Source: Escherichia phage C6. Taken from it: a stretch of DNA of 64,000 nt. The stretch lies in the sequence record MW679410.1. One strand, written 5' to 3'. The first letter of the stretch is position 1. Each line of letters opens with the position of its first letter. The notes below the pieces were generated by a model, which saw nothing but the letters and a program-made list of their open reading frames with translations, made no database searches and had not been told where the DNA came from. The position numbers and the translations under genes were made by a program. Shown here in pieces: positions 1 to 9,291 of the stretch.

Positions 1-158
1 TAATGGGCTTCAAAACTCGTTACGGTATCGGTATCAACCCGTTTGCTGACCCGTCTGCACAGGCTCCTACCAAACGTATTCAGAGCGGTATGCCTGACAT
101 CGTTAACAGCCTTGGTCTGAATGGTTACTTCCGTCGCGTATATGTTAAAGGTATCTAA
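1..158 (+). CDS. 23: major capsid protein gp23, C-terminal fragment (5' end outside window)
   Basis: In-frame translation ...GFKTRYGIGINPFADPSAQAPTKRIQSGMPDIVNSLGLNGYFRRVYVKGI* resembles the gp23 C-terminus; lies directly upstream of gene 24 as in T4. Confidence 0.8.
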   Translation, partial: MGFKTRYGIGINPFADPSAQAPTKRIQSGMPDIVNSLGLNGYFRRVYVKGI

Positions 159-174
159 GATATAACCTTATTAT

Positions 175-200
175 GGGAGACTTCGGTCTCCCATTCTTGT
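175..200 (+). terminator. intrinsic terminator hairpin gggagaCTTCGgtctccc followed by T-rich tract
   Basis: Perfect 7-bp stem with UUCG loop immediately after gene 23 stop. Confidence 0.6.
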
Positions 201-207
201 TTCTGTA

Positions 208-474
208 CTATGCAATCTTAACTCGACGATTGATGATATCACGGAAGTCAATACGATTTTCTTGGATTTTCAGCCAGTTACCAGATTTGTCTTTGGTATG
301 GGTAGAGTATTCACCGTTCCACCAGAAGTCAGTTTCATAAGCTAGGGCTTCGTATTTCTTAACCAATGCATTAACTGCATTACCGTTAGGATTGGTACCA
401 AATTTTTCTACCAGAGCTTTGATGTCTTTGTCAAGGTTAGAAAGTGTAGTACGGATAAAGTTTAATTTGTTCAT
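208..474 (-). CDS. hypothetical protein, antisense to the capsid gene block
   Basis: Track ORF 208..489; likely start at internal ATG (MNKLNF...) preceded by GAGGAG; own early-type promoter upstream. Confidence 0.5.
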   Translation of the reverse strand: MNKLNFIRTTLSNLDKDIKALVEKFGTNPNGNAVNALVKKYEALAYETDFWWNGEYSTHTKDKSGNWLKIQENRIDFRDIINRRVKIA

Positions 475-494
475 TTTTAATCTCCTCATGTTTT

Positions 495-533
495 GATAGG
501 TCTATAGTAACACGACGCTTTTTGTGTGTAAAC
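495..533 (-). promoter_or_regulatory. early-type promoter (GTTTAC -35, TAnTAT -10, AGACCTATCAA box)
   Basis: Minus-strand reading GTTTAC-N18-TACTAT-AGACCTATC upstream of ORF 208..474; member of a motif family recurring in this window. Confidence 0.5.
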
Positions 534-539
534 CACTTT

Positions 540-547
540 TATAAATA
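540..547 (+). promoter_or_regulatory. late promoter TATAAATA for gene 24
   Basis: Exact T4 late-promoter octamer about 30 nt upstream of gene 24 ATG. Confidence 0.6.
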
Positions 548-576
548 AAATTATATTCTCAATAAGGAAAATAGCA

Positions 577-1857
577 ATGGCTAAAATTAACGACCTTTTA
601 AAAGAGTCGACCACTACTTCGAGTTCTTCGATTGGTCGTCCAAATTTAGTAGCTTTAACCAGAGCTACGACCAAACTGATTTATACCGACCTTGTAGCTC
701 AGCAGCGTACTAACCAACCTTTGGCTGCTCTATATGGTATCAAATATCTTACAGAAAAAAACGAATTATCTTTCCAGACAGGTGCTACTTATTCTGGTGC
801 AGTATCCGCTAAAGACCGTGCCTCTATCCCAGTTTTCACTGCAGGTGCTGTTTACGCTAAAGATGATTTGTTCCAATTTGAAAACGTAGTTTATAAAGCT
901 TTGGTAGCAACACCATTTGCAGGTGCTACTGGCGATGAATACGAACAACTTCAAGAAGCTATTGTTAAGTTGACTATTCGTATTATGTCCGAAGCCGCAC
1001 TGACTGAGCGTTTTGAAGGCCTCCAGGATGTAGATGTTTCTGAAGCCAAATTCGTCGTTAATAAATGGAACGCTCCAGTTAAATCCCGTAAGTTGAAGAG
1101 TACTGTTACTGTAGAACTGGCTCAAGACCTCGAAGCAAATGGTTTCGATGCCCCTAATTTCTTGGAAGACCTCCTGGCTACTGAAATGGCTGATGAAATC
1201 AACAAAGATATTCTTCAGTCCCTGGTTACGGTTTCCAAGCGTTATAAAGTTGAAGGTTTGTGTGATGACGGCTTAATTGACCTGAGTTATGCTAACTCAC
1301 CGGAAGCTTCTCGCAAGCTTTATGAAATAGTTTGTGAAATGGTTTCTCATATCCAGCGCGCAACCTCTTATACGGCAACTTATGTAGTAGCGAGTACTCG
1401 CGTAGCCGCTGTTCTGGCTGGTTCTGGCTGGTTAAGACATACCCCACAGAACGACAAATATCTTTCTGCAAATGCATACGGATTCCTGGAAAATGGTTTG
1501 CCTGTGTATTGTGATACCAACACGCCAATTGATTATGTTACTGTAGGTGTTAAAGAGGAATTTGGTGGGAAAGAAGCAGTAGGTTCTTTGTTCTATGCGC
1601 CGTATACAGAAGGCCTTGATTTGGCTGACCCTGAACATGTGGGTACATTTAAAGTGGTCGTTGACCCTGAAAGCCTGCAACCATCTATTGCATTAATGGT
1701 TCGTTATGCACTGGCTGCTAACCCTTATACGGTTACTTCCGATGATAAACAAGCCCGTATTATTGATGCGACTAATATGGATTTGATGGCGGGACGTTCT
1801 GATATGTCCGTATTGCTTGGTGTGAAACTTCCTAAAGTTTTGACTGAATTAAACTAA
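577..1857 (+). CDS. 24: capsid vertex protein gp24
   Basis: 426 aa; N-terminus MAKINDLLKESTTT..IGRPNLVALTRATTKLIY and C-terminal half closely match T4 gp24. Confidence 0.95.
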   Translation: MAKINDLLKESTTTSSSSIGRPNLVALTRATTKLIYTDLVAQQRTNQPLAALYGIKYLTEKNELSFQTGATYSGAVSAKDRASIPVFTAGAVYAKDDLFQFENVVYKALVATPFAGATGDEYEQLQEAIVKLTIRIMSEAALTERFEGLQDVDVSEAKFVVNKWNAPVKSRKLKSTVTVELAQDLEANGFDAPNFLEDLLATEMADEINKDILQSLVTVSKRYKVEGLCDDGLIDLSYANSPEASRKLYEIVCEMVSHIQRATSYTATYVVASTRVAAVLAGSGWLRHTPQNDKYLSANAYGFLENGLPVYCDTNTPIDYVTVGVKEEFGGKEAVGSLFYAPYTEGLDLADPEHVGTFKVVVDPESLQPSIALMVRYALAANPYTVTSDDKQARIIDATNMDLMAGRSDMSVLLGVKLPKVLTELN

Positions 1858-1860
1858 CAA

Positions 1861-1887
1861 AAAAGGGACCTTACGGTCCCTTTGTCG
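1861..1887. terminator. bidirectional hairpin gggaccTTACggtccc between convergent genes 24 and rnlB
   Basis: Perfect inverted repeat flanked by A-run and T-run. Confidence 0.6.
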
Positions 1888-1889
1888 TC

Positions 1890-2894
1890 TTACGACACTA
1901 ATTCAATCCATACTGCTCGTAGGGTATCTTTTACACACTCAACGAGCTGCTTTTTAACTTCAACAGGATTTTCTGCATCGGTTAATTCTAATTCTTCACG
2001 GGCGGCTTCTTCTAAGATATCTTGGACTGTCAAGCCCATTACCTTTCCGAAATCCTTTTTAGATACTTCGCCAATCTTACTGATGACATTATTAATGCGG
2101 TTAACAGTCACATAATCGGTGAATTGCCACATCAAATCCATATCGTCTTGGGATAAAACTACCACAGTCTTGATAGGCTTATCGGACTTTTTCTTCTCGC
2201 TGAATTTAGAGTTCTTACATTTAATCGCTACGCGATTTCCGTTTGGAAGCCAGGTAGGAATATCAGGTTTAAGTACAAAGCCTTCGGCTGTAAATACTTT
2301 ACCTTCTACCTTAGGAATAAAGTCTGTCGAGTTTGCAATAGTTAGGCCAGCGTTATCCACTGCAAAATTATAATCAGGAATAACTGAATCAAAGTCGTTA
2401 GGTAATTTAATAAGGTCTTCAAAGCTACCGGTGGCCAGACATGGAGCTACCTTAAACTTATGGATAATACAGAAGGCTTCCATCAATGTATCGGTTAGAA
2501 CAGATTCTGAACCATCTTCCTTAGTAACTCGGATATCGAACACATAAAAGTCTTTATCGCCGTAGTCCACATTCTTCTGGATACCTGTCCCAGCGAATTC
2601 GCCATAAATCTGGTACGACTGATAATTAATCGATTCAATTAGATGTTGAACAGATTTAATAGAATCAGCATAGTTCTTAAGTACAATTTCATAACCATAG
2701 AAATCTTCAGCAGGGAGGATAGGGCCAGTGCGCTTGGCGCATGTGACTGCGTCACGTTCTATGATTAAACTAAAGTTGGTTCCATGAATCTTCTCACGTG
2801 CCACCCATTCACCACTGGTCAAACCATTAGTACGGAGTTTTTCGATAAACTTACTGTTGTAGTGGTTTTCGAGACTGCTATATTTCTTGAACAT
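1890..2894 (-). CDS. rnlB: RNA ligase 2
   Basis: 334 aa; [20 protein letters not shown]...[10 protein letters not shown] (ligase KxHG-type motif), near-identical to T4 Rnl2. Confidence 0.95.
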   Translation of the reverse strand: MFKKYSSLENHYNSKFIEKLRTNGLTSGEWVAREKIHGTNFSLIIERDAVTCAKRTGPILPAEDFYGYEIVLKNYADSIKSVQHLIESINYQSYQIYGEFAGTGIQKNVDYGDKDFYVFDIRVTKEDGSESVLTDTLMEAFCIIHKFKVAPCLATGSFEDLIKLPNDFDSVIPDYNFAVDNAGLTIANSTDFIPKVEGKVFTAEGFVLKPDIPTWLPNGNRVAIKCKNSKFSEKKKSDKPIKTVVVLSQDDMDLMWQFTDYVTVNRINNVISKIGEVSKKDFGKVMGLTVQDILEEAAREELELTDAENPVEVKKQLVECVKDTLRAVWIELVS

Positions 2895-3008
2895 AAATCA
2901 CCATAATAAATATAATTAAATAGAAGAGCTAGTAGTCTTCTGTCACCAAGCCAAATGGTTTAACGGAAGGACCTAGACCCATTATAACACACCTAAATTT
3001 AAAGCATA

Positions 3009-3218
3009 TTACTTTGAACTAGAACGCGCTTTGCGCCGAACCTTGTTGTTCAATCTTTTACGATAAACAACCTTTTCTTTCGCTTTAAATTTGGCCTTGG
3101 CTTGTTCTACATCAACCCATGCTTTGGCCATGTCCTTAGCGGTCCCGCCCATTTTTTTAGCAATTTCTATAAAATTCAACCCAGATTCGTGTAAAAAATG
3201 TACTTTAACCTTATCCAT
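3009..3218 (-). CDS. small basic protein with putative helix-turn-helix
   Basis: 69 aa; GLNFIEIAKKMGGTAKDMAKAWV resembles an HTH, lysine/arginine-rich tail; occupies the 24.2/24.3 position. Confidence 0.5.
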   Translation of the reverse strand: MDKVKVHFLHESGLNFIEIAKKMGGTAKDMAKAWVDVEQAKAKFKAKEKVVYRKRLNNKVRRKARSSSK

Positions 3219-3295
3219 AACAATTCTCTCGTTGAGTTGGTAAAACCCATCTTAACATAGAATTTTTAACTTGTAAACAGGAATTTTGTACTTTA

Positions 3296-3318
3296 ACGCA
3301 AAATGGGCCTTGCGGCCC
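3296..3318 (-). terminator. terminator hairpin gggccTTGCggccc after hoc
   Basis: GC-rich stem-loop immediately 3' of hoc on the minus strand. Confidence 0.5.
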
Positions 3319-3322
3319 TTAA

Positions 3323-4171
3323 TTAATAAACGTAATCGTATATAATACCAGCTTCTAAAGCGGTGCGATGAATAATTCGACCATTACGAGATTCTTGTAC
3401 ATCAACCTCCGGATAGTCGGTAATCATTTTTTGAAGTGTGTATCGGTGCAAATAATACGGGCTATCCGGGTCATCTGTTTTCCAGTCTTGCCCAGCAATA
3501 GTCATTTTCTGAATTTCATCCATAACCCACCAACCACACCAGATATAAGCCGAATTGCGTACTGGCAATGGATGCACATAAGGTAATTCACCGTCAGGAA
3601 CAGGTGCTACTTTAGCTGTGACTGTTACATTACCAGTTTTCGTAACAGTCGTCGGGTTATAATCAGTCGCCGAAACCACAACAGAAACTTCAATAACCTG
3701 TGAACCTTCAGCGCCTGTATCGATTGCTAGAGTATCCGTGGTGCCAGCAACAGGAGAACCGTCTTTCTTCCAAGAATAGGCAAAAGTAGCTCCACTCGGT
3801 GCGCCGACGACATCCGCTTTAAAAGAGGCCGGGGTGTCTTCCGGAACATTAATTGATTCTGGGGTTAATGTCACAGAAACATCAGACATAGTTTTATTCT
3901 GGATAGTTAAAGTTGTTTCGGCTTCAGCAGTTTCCGGTTCGCCTTCCGTTGGTGTAGTTGTTGCAACAACTTTAATAGTCTTACTGCCTGCTGGACCAGC
4001 TGCGACATAATCCATTGCTGCAGTCACAGAAGATTGAGGAACGCCATCAACGGTCCAGACAAATGATTCGGTACCTTCAGCTGCAGCACCGGAACCGGTC
4101 GCAGTGAAATTGGTTGTTGCTCCAATAACGGCCGTAGCCGCCAAAGGAGCAATAGTTACGGTATAAGCCAT
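3323..4171 (-). CDS. hoc: Hoc outer capsid decoration protein (short form)
   Basis: 282 aa; Ig-like repeat region plus conserved C-terminal capsid-binding region (...IWCGWWVMDEIQKMTIAGQDW...) as in T4 Hoc. Confidence 0.85.
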   Translation of the reverse strand: MAYTVTIAPLAATAVIGATTNFTATGSGAAAEGTESFVWTVDGVPQSSVTAAMDYVAAGPAGSKTIKVVATTTPTEGEPETAEAETTLTIQNKTMSDVSVTLTPESINVPEDTPASFKADVVGAPSGATFAYSWKKDGSPVAGTTDTLAIDTGAEGSQVIEVSVVVSATDYNPTTVTKTGNVTVTAKVAPVPDGELPYVHPLPVRNSAYIWCGWWVMDEIQKMTIAGQDWKTDDPDSPYYLHRYTLQKMITDYPEVDVQESRNGRIIHRTALEAGIIYDYVY

Positions 4172-4180
4172 AATAAACCC

Positions 4181-4852
4181 TTATTTTAAAGTGACAAAAG
4201 ATGAGTTACGAGTTTCTCGTACTAGAACAGACCCATTACGATTGATGTAATAAATCAAGCTGAATAGTGTTTGGTGTGCGGTAGGATGTTGGAAACTGGT
4301 CGGGCGTTCTTTCCAATCCGGAGTTTCAGAAATCCATTGATAAATCCACCAAGGAACGGTGCAATAACCTGGGTTCTTACCAATAAGCAAAAGATTAGGA
4401 CTGAAGTTTTCAGGTAAAGAGAATACAGGTTTTTCCAATTCAACAACCTTGGCTACAGCTTCTTTGAATTTCTCTTCGTCAAACGGAACATCCTCTTCAA
4501 TAATCTCTACCTTAGGATGTTCGGCTACCTCAACGACTTCAACAACTGCCTCAGGAGCATCGAACAACAGGGTTGCTTCTTCTTTAGCAGGTTCAGCACC
4601 ATCAACAAATTCGTTAGCACCTGTAAGTTCGTCGGCAGCATCAATCAAATCAGAAATGGACAACCCTTCGGTTTCCGGAAGTGGTTCGTCGGCCAAGGCT
4701 TTAAGACCTTCAGTGATATCGATAATCAAATTATCAAACGAACGGGTTTTCTTAAGTTTTAAACCGAACTGTTCACCGTATTCGATTAACTTAGCTTTAG
4801 CTTCTTTTTTATCTTCGAGTGCACGAAGCTCTTCAATATATTGAGTATCCAT
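4181..4852 (-). CDS. inh: Inh, inhibitor of prohead protease
   Basis: 223 aa; acidic central region and conserved C-terminal region; synteny hoc-inh. Confidence 0.8.
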   Translation of the reverse strand: MDTQYIEELRALEDKKEAKAKLIEYGEQFGLKLKKTRSFDNLIIDITEGLKALADEPLPETEGLSISDLIDAADELTGANEFVDGAEPAKEEATLLFDAPEAVVEVVEVAEHPKVEIIEEDVPFDEEKFKEAVAKVVELEKPVFSLPENFSPNLLLIGKNPGYCTVPWWIYQWISETPDWKERPTSFQHPTAHQTLFSLIYYINRNGSVLVRETRNSSFVTLK

Positions 4853-4871
4853 AATTAGTCTCTTGTTGGTG

Positions 4872-4879
4872 TATAAATA
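4872..4879 (+). promoter_or_regulatory. late promoter TATAAATA for uvsW
   Basis: Exact octamer about 30 nt upstream of uvsW ATG. Confidence 0.6.
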
Positions 4880-4885
4880 TAACTA

Positions 4886-4893
4886 TATTTATA
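4886..4893 (-). promoter_or_regulatory. late promoter TATAAATA (minus strand) for inh
   Basis: Reverse-complement octamer upstream of inh start; back-to-back with the uvsW late promoter. Confidence 0.5.
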
Positions 4894-4907
4894 ACTGAGA
4901 ATTACTT

Positions 4908-6404
4908 ATGCAAATTCAAGTACATTTTGATAATTTTAGTCATGTCCGTATTGAATGCGATGAATCTACATTCTACGAACTCAGAGACTATTTTAGCTTT
5001 GAAGCTGATGGATATAAATTCAACCCTAAATTTCGTTATGGACAATGGGATGGTCGTATTCGTCTTCTGGATTATAACCGTAAACTGCCTTATGGATTGG
5101 TTCCACAGATTAAAAAATTCGCTGAACAATTTGAATACTCTCTGTGGATTGACCCACGTATTCTTGAACAGGAAGATATTTCTCGTGAAGATTTTGACTC
5201 ATGGGTTGCTTCTCAAGAAATTTATTCAGGGTCTACCAAGATTGAGCCTCATTGGTATCAGAATGAAGCCGTATACAACGGCCTGACAAAACGTCGCGCA
5301 ATTCTGAATTTACCTACATCCGCAGGTAAATCATTAATCCAGGCACTCCTGAGTCGATATTACGTTGAGAACTATGAAGGTAAAATCCTTATTCTGGTTC
5401 CTACTACTGCACTCGTTGACCAGATGATTAATGACTTCATTGATTATCGTCTGTTCCCTAAAGCAGCAATGCTTGGTATTCGTTCAGGTACTGCTCGTGA
5501 TTCTGATGCAATGATTTACGTTTCGACTTATCAAACCGCTATCAAGCAACCTAAAGAATGGTTCGCTCAGTTTGGTATGTTTATGAACGACGAATGCCAT
5601 TTGGCCACAGGTAAATCTATTTCTACTATCATCGAAGGCCTAACCAACTGTATGTTTAAATTCGGTTTGTCCGGTTCTTTAAAAGATGGTAAAGCTAATT
5701 TAATGCAATATATGGGTTTGTTTGGTGATGTGTTTAAGCCGGTATCCACTTCACAGTTGATGGAAGAAGGACAGGTTACTGACCTTAAAATCAACAGTAT
5801 TTTCCTTCGATACCCAGACGAATTCACAGTTAAGATGAAAGGTAAAGATTACCAATCAGAAATTAAAGTCATTACTAAGGCTACTCGTCGTAATAAATGG
5901 GTTGCTAATTTAGCTGTTAAACTCGCTAAGAAAGAAGAGAACGTATTCCTGATGTTTAAAAACATCGAACACGGTAAAACTCTTTTTGAAATGGTTAAAG
6001 AGCAACATAAAGAAGTTTATTATGTATCAGGTGAAGTTAATACCGAAACGCGTAATGCTCTGAAAGTAATGGCGGAAAATGGTAAGGGTATTATTGTTGT
6101 GGCAAGTTACGGTGTGTTCTCTACCGGTATTTCCGTTAAGAACCTTCACCACGTTGTATTTGCCCATCCAGTAAAATCTAAAATCATTGTACTCCAGACA
6201 ATTGGTCGTGTACTCCGTAAACATGCTTCTAAATCAACAGCACAAGTATGGGATATCATCGACGACATGGGTGTTAAGCCTAAATCAGCTACGGCTAAAA
6301 AGAAATATGTTCATTTGAACTACGCCCTCAAACACGCTTTAGAACGTATTCAACGTTATGCTGATGAGAAATTTAATTACGTAATGAAACAGGTGGATTT
6401 ATGA
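4908..6404 (+). CDS. uvsW: UvsW DNA/RNA helicase
   Basis: 498 aa; MQIQVHFDNFSHVRIECDESTF..., Walker A LPTSAGKS, helicase motifs, strong match to T4 UvsW. Confidence 0.95.
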   Translation: MQIQVHFDNFSHVRIECDESTFYELRDYFSFEADGYKFNPKFRYGQWDGRIRLLDYNRKLPYGLVPQIKKFAEQFEYSLWIDPRILEQEDISREDFDSWVASQEIYSGSTKIEPHWYQNEAVYNGLTKRRAILNLPTSAGKSLIQALLSRYYVENYEGKILILVPTTALVDQMINDFIDYRLFPKAAMLGIRSGTARDSDAMIYVSTYQTAIKQPKEWFAQFGMFMNDECHLATGKSISTIIEGLTNCMFKFGLSGSLKDGKANLMQYMGLFGDVFKPVSTSQLMEEGQVTDLKINSIFLRYPDEFTVKMKGKDYQSEIKVITKATRRNKWVANLAVKLAKKEENVFLMFKNIEHGKTLFEMVKEQHKEVYYVSGEVNTETRNALKVMAENGKGIIVVASYGVFSTGISVKNLHHVVFAHPVKSKIIVLQTIGRVLRKHASKSTAQVWDIIDDMGVKPKSATAKKKYVHLNYALKHALERIQRYADEKFNYVMKQVDL

Positions 6405-6628
6405 AAACCTTTAAAGAAGTTATTCAAGAAGCATCTATTGAAAGCTTCATGTCTAAAATTAGTTCTTGTCAGACCATGGACGGTCTGGAGGAATTGGAGA
6501 AGTATTACAAAACTCGTAGTAAGGAAGCCGAACTTCGTGATTCGGATGATATTAGCGTGCGCGATGCATTGGCTGGTAAGAGAGCTGAATTGGAGTCGAT
6601 GGACGACGAGGAAGAGGAAGATTTCTAA
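6401..6628 (+). CDS. uvsW.1: UvsW.1 small acidic protein
   Basis: 75 aa, start overlaps uvsW stop (ATGA); acidic C-terminus DDEEEEDF. Confidence 0.8.
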   Translation: MKTFKEVIQEASIESFMSKISSCQTMDGLEELEKYYKTRSKEAELRDSDDISVRDALAGKRAELESMDDEEEEDF

Positions 6629-6688
6629 ACAAAAAGGGCCCAACCTTTCGGAAGGGCCAATAACCATAAAATGGCTATACACACTAGA

Positions 6689-6856
6689 CTAAATTAATAA
6701 TTGGGTTTCGTTCAGCTGTTCTTCAGTGTTTTCCGTAACTGGCAAGCTTTGAACGTAATTATAGCATGGACCCGGATGAACCGGACCTTTTTCTGTTTCA
6801 ACAACCAATGCAGCATCGATTGGAGTTTTACAGACAACGCAAATCTTATCTGACAT
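6689..6856 (-). CDS. uvsY.-2: UvsY.-2-like small cysteine-containing protein
   Basis: Hand-called 55-aa ORF MSDKICVVCKTPIDAALVVETEKGPVHPGPCYNY... with AAGGAGA SD; not in track (<60 aa). Confidence 0.6.
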   Translation of the reverse strand: MSDKICVVCKTPIDAALVVETEKGPVHPGPCYNYVQSLPVTENTEEQLNETQLLI

Positions 6857-6884
6857 GATTGTCTCCTTAGTTTAACTTACATAT

Positions 6885-6983
6885 CTATTTATTACTTGCT
6901 AAAGCGGCATTAATGAATTCTTGGAGAAGTTTCATCTTATCGGCATCTACTTTAATGGGTTTGGTATTTTTAGTACGTCTCAT
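6885..6983 (-). CDS. hypothetical 32-aa ORF overlapping uvsY stop
   Basis: Hand-called MRRTKNTKPIKVDADKMKLLQEFINAALASNK; ATG overlaps uvsY TAA (TAATG). Confidence 0.3.
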   Translation of the reverse strand: MRRTKNTKPIKVDADKMKLLQEFINAALASNK

Positions 6984-7417
6984 TATTTACCTGCCTCAAA
7001 TTGTCTCATCTCATGCATAGTCTTAAGGTTAAAACCACGCGCCTTAATAGCATCAAGTGCCGAACTACAGAAGTCCTGTAATAAAGCCCAATACTGGATT
7101 GATGTATCGATTTTAATTACACTAGAATCTGCAGCCATTACAGTCTTTAATTCAGACTTCTCATATTGGTCCATACAAACCTCATCACCAGGCTCTCCGC
7201 GTCCCGTGTAGAAATCTAATCGCTTCTTAAGTGAGGTCTTTTTCTGGATTTCTAATCTCATTATTTCTTTCTTACAATTCGTATACAGTCTTAGCCATTT
7301 GCTGTGCAGCAAAACGTTGTTCTGTACTTCATACTGTAACCGAGTTCCATCAATCTTTAAATCTTCATCCAAAGCATCTTGAAACGACTCTAATTTATAT
7401 TCAATCTCTTTACTCAT
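6983..7417 (-). CDS. uvsY: UvsY recombination mediator
   Basis: Track ORF 6983..7450; start set at internal ATG (MSKEIEYKL...) giving 144 aa; C-terminal LDFCSSALDAIKARGF...FEAGK matches T4 UvsY. Confidence 0.9.
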   Translation of the reverse strand: MSKEIEYKLESFQDALDEDLKIDGTRLQYEVQNNVLLHSKWLRLYTNCKKEIMRLEIQKKTSLKKRLDFYTGRGEPGDEVCMDQYEKSELKTVMAADSSVIKIDTSIQYWALLQDFCSSALDAIKARGFNLKTMHEMRQFEAGK

Positions 7418-7475
7418 CGCATGTTTCCTGTGTAATAACCATAGGACCATTATACACTATTCATTTGAATAGCAA

Positions 7476-7865
7476 TTAACCACTCTGTGAGAGCTGGATT
7501 CTAATTTGCTCTAATGTATCAGGGTCATCAACGATACTAAACTGAACGGTCACGATAATCGAGTTATCATCGTACACAGGTGTCACACCTACAGCCAGGG
7601 CAGAAATTCTAGGTTCGAAGTTCCGCACAGCGGAAACTATATTACGCTTAATAGTATCCGTGATTAATGGGGTGATATTCTCAAACAATTGGTTACTGAT
7701 GTCGCAACCAAATTCCGGCATAAAAGGGCGTGAACCTTTGCGAGTAGTAATAATGCCTAACAAACTATTTTTTACTGCACGAGCGCCTGTAGCTTTAGCG
7801 ACGTCTCTATTCCAAGACGTCCTCATTTCAGGGTCTAAATCCGAATACATTTTATTGATATTCAT
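7476..7865 (-). CDS. 25: baseplate wedge protein gp25
   Basis: 129 aa; MNINKMYSDLDPEM...LLGIITTRKGSRPF matches T4 gp25. Confidence 0.95.
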   Translation of the reverse strand: MNINKMYSDLDPEMRTSWNRDVAKATGARAVKNSLLGIITTRKGSRPFMPEFGCDISNQLFENITPLITDTIKRNIVSAVRNFEPRISALAVGVTPVYDDNSIIVTVQFSIVDDPDTLEQIRIQLSQSG

Positions 7866-8488
7866 TACATCACCTTAAAGAACTCTTTAAGTCCCTCAAT
7901 AACGTGGACGGTATGTTCACCACATTCACAAGAAATAGGTATGGCCAAAATAGGCTTAGGGGCGACTAGGGCATCATAAACTTCTTTTATATCTTTTTCT
8001 GTTATCACAGAATAAAGGTCATCAAGTTCCGCATCGCTTAAATCGGAAAGAAAAAGCTTTTCGCCTGCAGAAGTTAAAATATAATCGATACACCCTGCGA
8101 CCATCATAGCCCTATTTTTATCTTCAAAGAGTTTAGGGTATCTGAAAACAATTTTAAAGTTGCCAAAGTCTTTAATAACATCAGGCTCTTTACCTAATGT
8201 TGCGCGAGTTAGTGTCATAGGGACAACCTGTGAGCGACCACAACTACAAACCCACTCACGTTCTATATTCACTTCAGCTAATGAATGGGCCCACAGGTTT
8301 ATCACCAGGAGCTCAGATTCTTGCTTGTTTAAATCACGAGCATCTGTGCAATTGGAAATGAGTTCATTGATAAAGGACTCTATTCTGCCTTCTAATTTAG
8401 CTTGGAGCAAGTCCTTATACTCTCTGAGGGTAAATGCTCTGCATTTTATGGTTTTGTTTTTAATTTTTACGTCAAAAGTATAATTCAT
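7865..8488 (-). CDS. 26: baseplate hub protein gp26
   Basis: 207 aa; position and size as T4 gp26; stop overlaps gene 25 start. Confidence 0.85.
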   Translation of the reverse strand: MNYTFDVKIKNKTIKCRAFTLREYKDLLQAKLEGRIESFINELISNCTDARDLNKQESELLVINLWAHSLAEVNIEREWVCSCGRSQVVPMTLTRATLGKEPDVIKDFGNFKIVFRYPKLFEDKNRAMMVAGCIDYILTSAGEKLFLSDLSDAELDDLYSVITEKDIKEVYDALVAPKPILAIPISCECGEHTVHVIEGLKEFFKVM

Positions 8489-8506
8489 TGTCTTCTCCTT
8501 TAAGCT

Positions 8507-8518
8507 TATTTATAAATA
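8507..8518. promoter_or_regulatory. divergent late promoters (TATTTATAAATA) for gene 26 (minus) and gene 51 (plus)
   Basis: Overlapping TATAAATA octamers on both strands in the 26/51 intergenic region. Confidence 0.55.
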
Positions 8519-8538
8519 CATCAATAAGAGGACACCCT

Positions 8539-9291
8539 ATGGCTAATATAGTACGTTGTGAAATGCCTGATGGAGTCCACCGATTTAAACCTTTTACAGT
8601 AGCTGATTATCGTGATTTTATTTTGATTCGAAATGACATGAATAATAAATCACCTGAAGAGCAAAAACAAATTTTAGATGAGTTACTGGAAGAATACTTC
8701 GGTGAATATCCTATGTCATGGCGCCCGTATATGTTCATTGAACTTTACACGTCATCACTCGGCAAGACCAAAATTCCTATCCGATACACTTGCAGTAAGT
8801 GCGAAAAGGATAGACAAGTTTTATTCAATTTGAAACAGGCCAAGTTAGATAATCCCACAATTGAAGTGGCGGGCTTGAAGCTAACATTCAAATTTCCGGA
8901 AATAGAATATCCAGACAAATCTGAATTGATTTTGAACACCCTCCAAACCGTAGAAGATGAAAACGGAAAATATAATTGGACTGACCTTTCTGAAGAAGAC
9001 CAATTAGCCGTAATAGATGCTATAGACTTATCCACTTTAGAGGATATAGTCAAACAAACCAGCCCTATTAATTTCGAACTCAAATATGGATGTTGTAATC
9101 GTAGAACGATTGCGTATACCGATATTTTAGAGGTGTTTAAGCTTATAGTCAATCCGGATGAGATATTTTTATTTTACCAAATAAACCATTTATTGGTAAA
9201 GAACAATTATTCATTAGAAAGCATTATGCAGATGATTCCAATCGAACGCGGTATTGCTTTGTCTTTGGTTGAAAAGGACCTTAAGAAATGA
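8539..9291 (+). CDS. 51: baseplate hub assembly catalyst gp51
   Basis: Track ORF begins at a TTG; true start taken as ATG ([12 protein letters not shown]...) after AAGAGG; about 250 aa as T4 gp51. Confidence 0.9.
   Translation: MANIVRCEMPDGVHRFKPFTVADYRDFILIRNDMNNKSPEEQKQILDELLEEYFGEYPMSWRPYMFIELYTSSLGKTKIPIRYTCSKCEKDRQVLFNLKQAKLDNPTIEVAGLKLTFKFPEIEYPDKSELILNTLQTVEDENGKYNWTDLSEEDQLAVIDAIDLSTLEDIVKQTSPINFELKYGCCNRRTIAYTDILEVFKLIVNPDEIFLFYQINHLLVKNNYSLESIMQMIPIERGIALSLVEKDLKK

Noticed and set aside
766-1680. Minus-strand track ORFs (766..1125, 1292..1528, 1432..1680) inside gene 24
   Set aside because: They lie antisense within a strongly supported structural gene, lack SD sequences and homology; treated as shadow ORFs.
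6921-7211. 96-aa plus-strand ORF overlapping uvsY
   Set aside because: Antisense to uvsY, which has clear T4 homology; no start-site support.
8488-8538. TTG-initiated N-terminal extension of gene 51 as given in the ORF track
   Set aside because: An in-frame ATG with AAGAGG SD gives a protein of the expected length; the upstream extension would also include the divergent late promoter.
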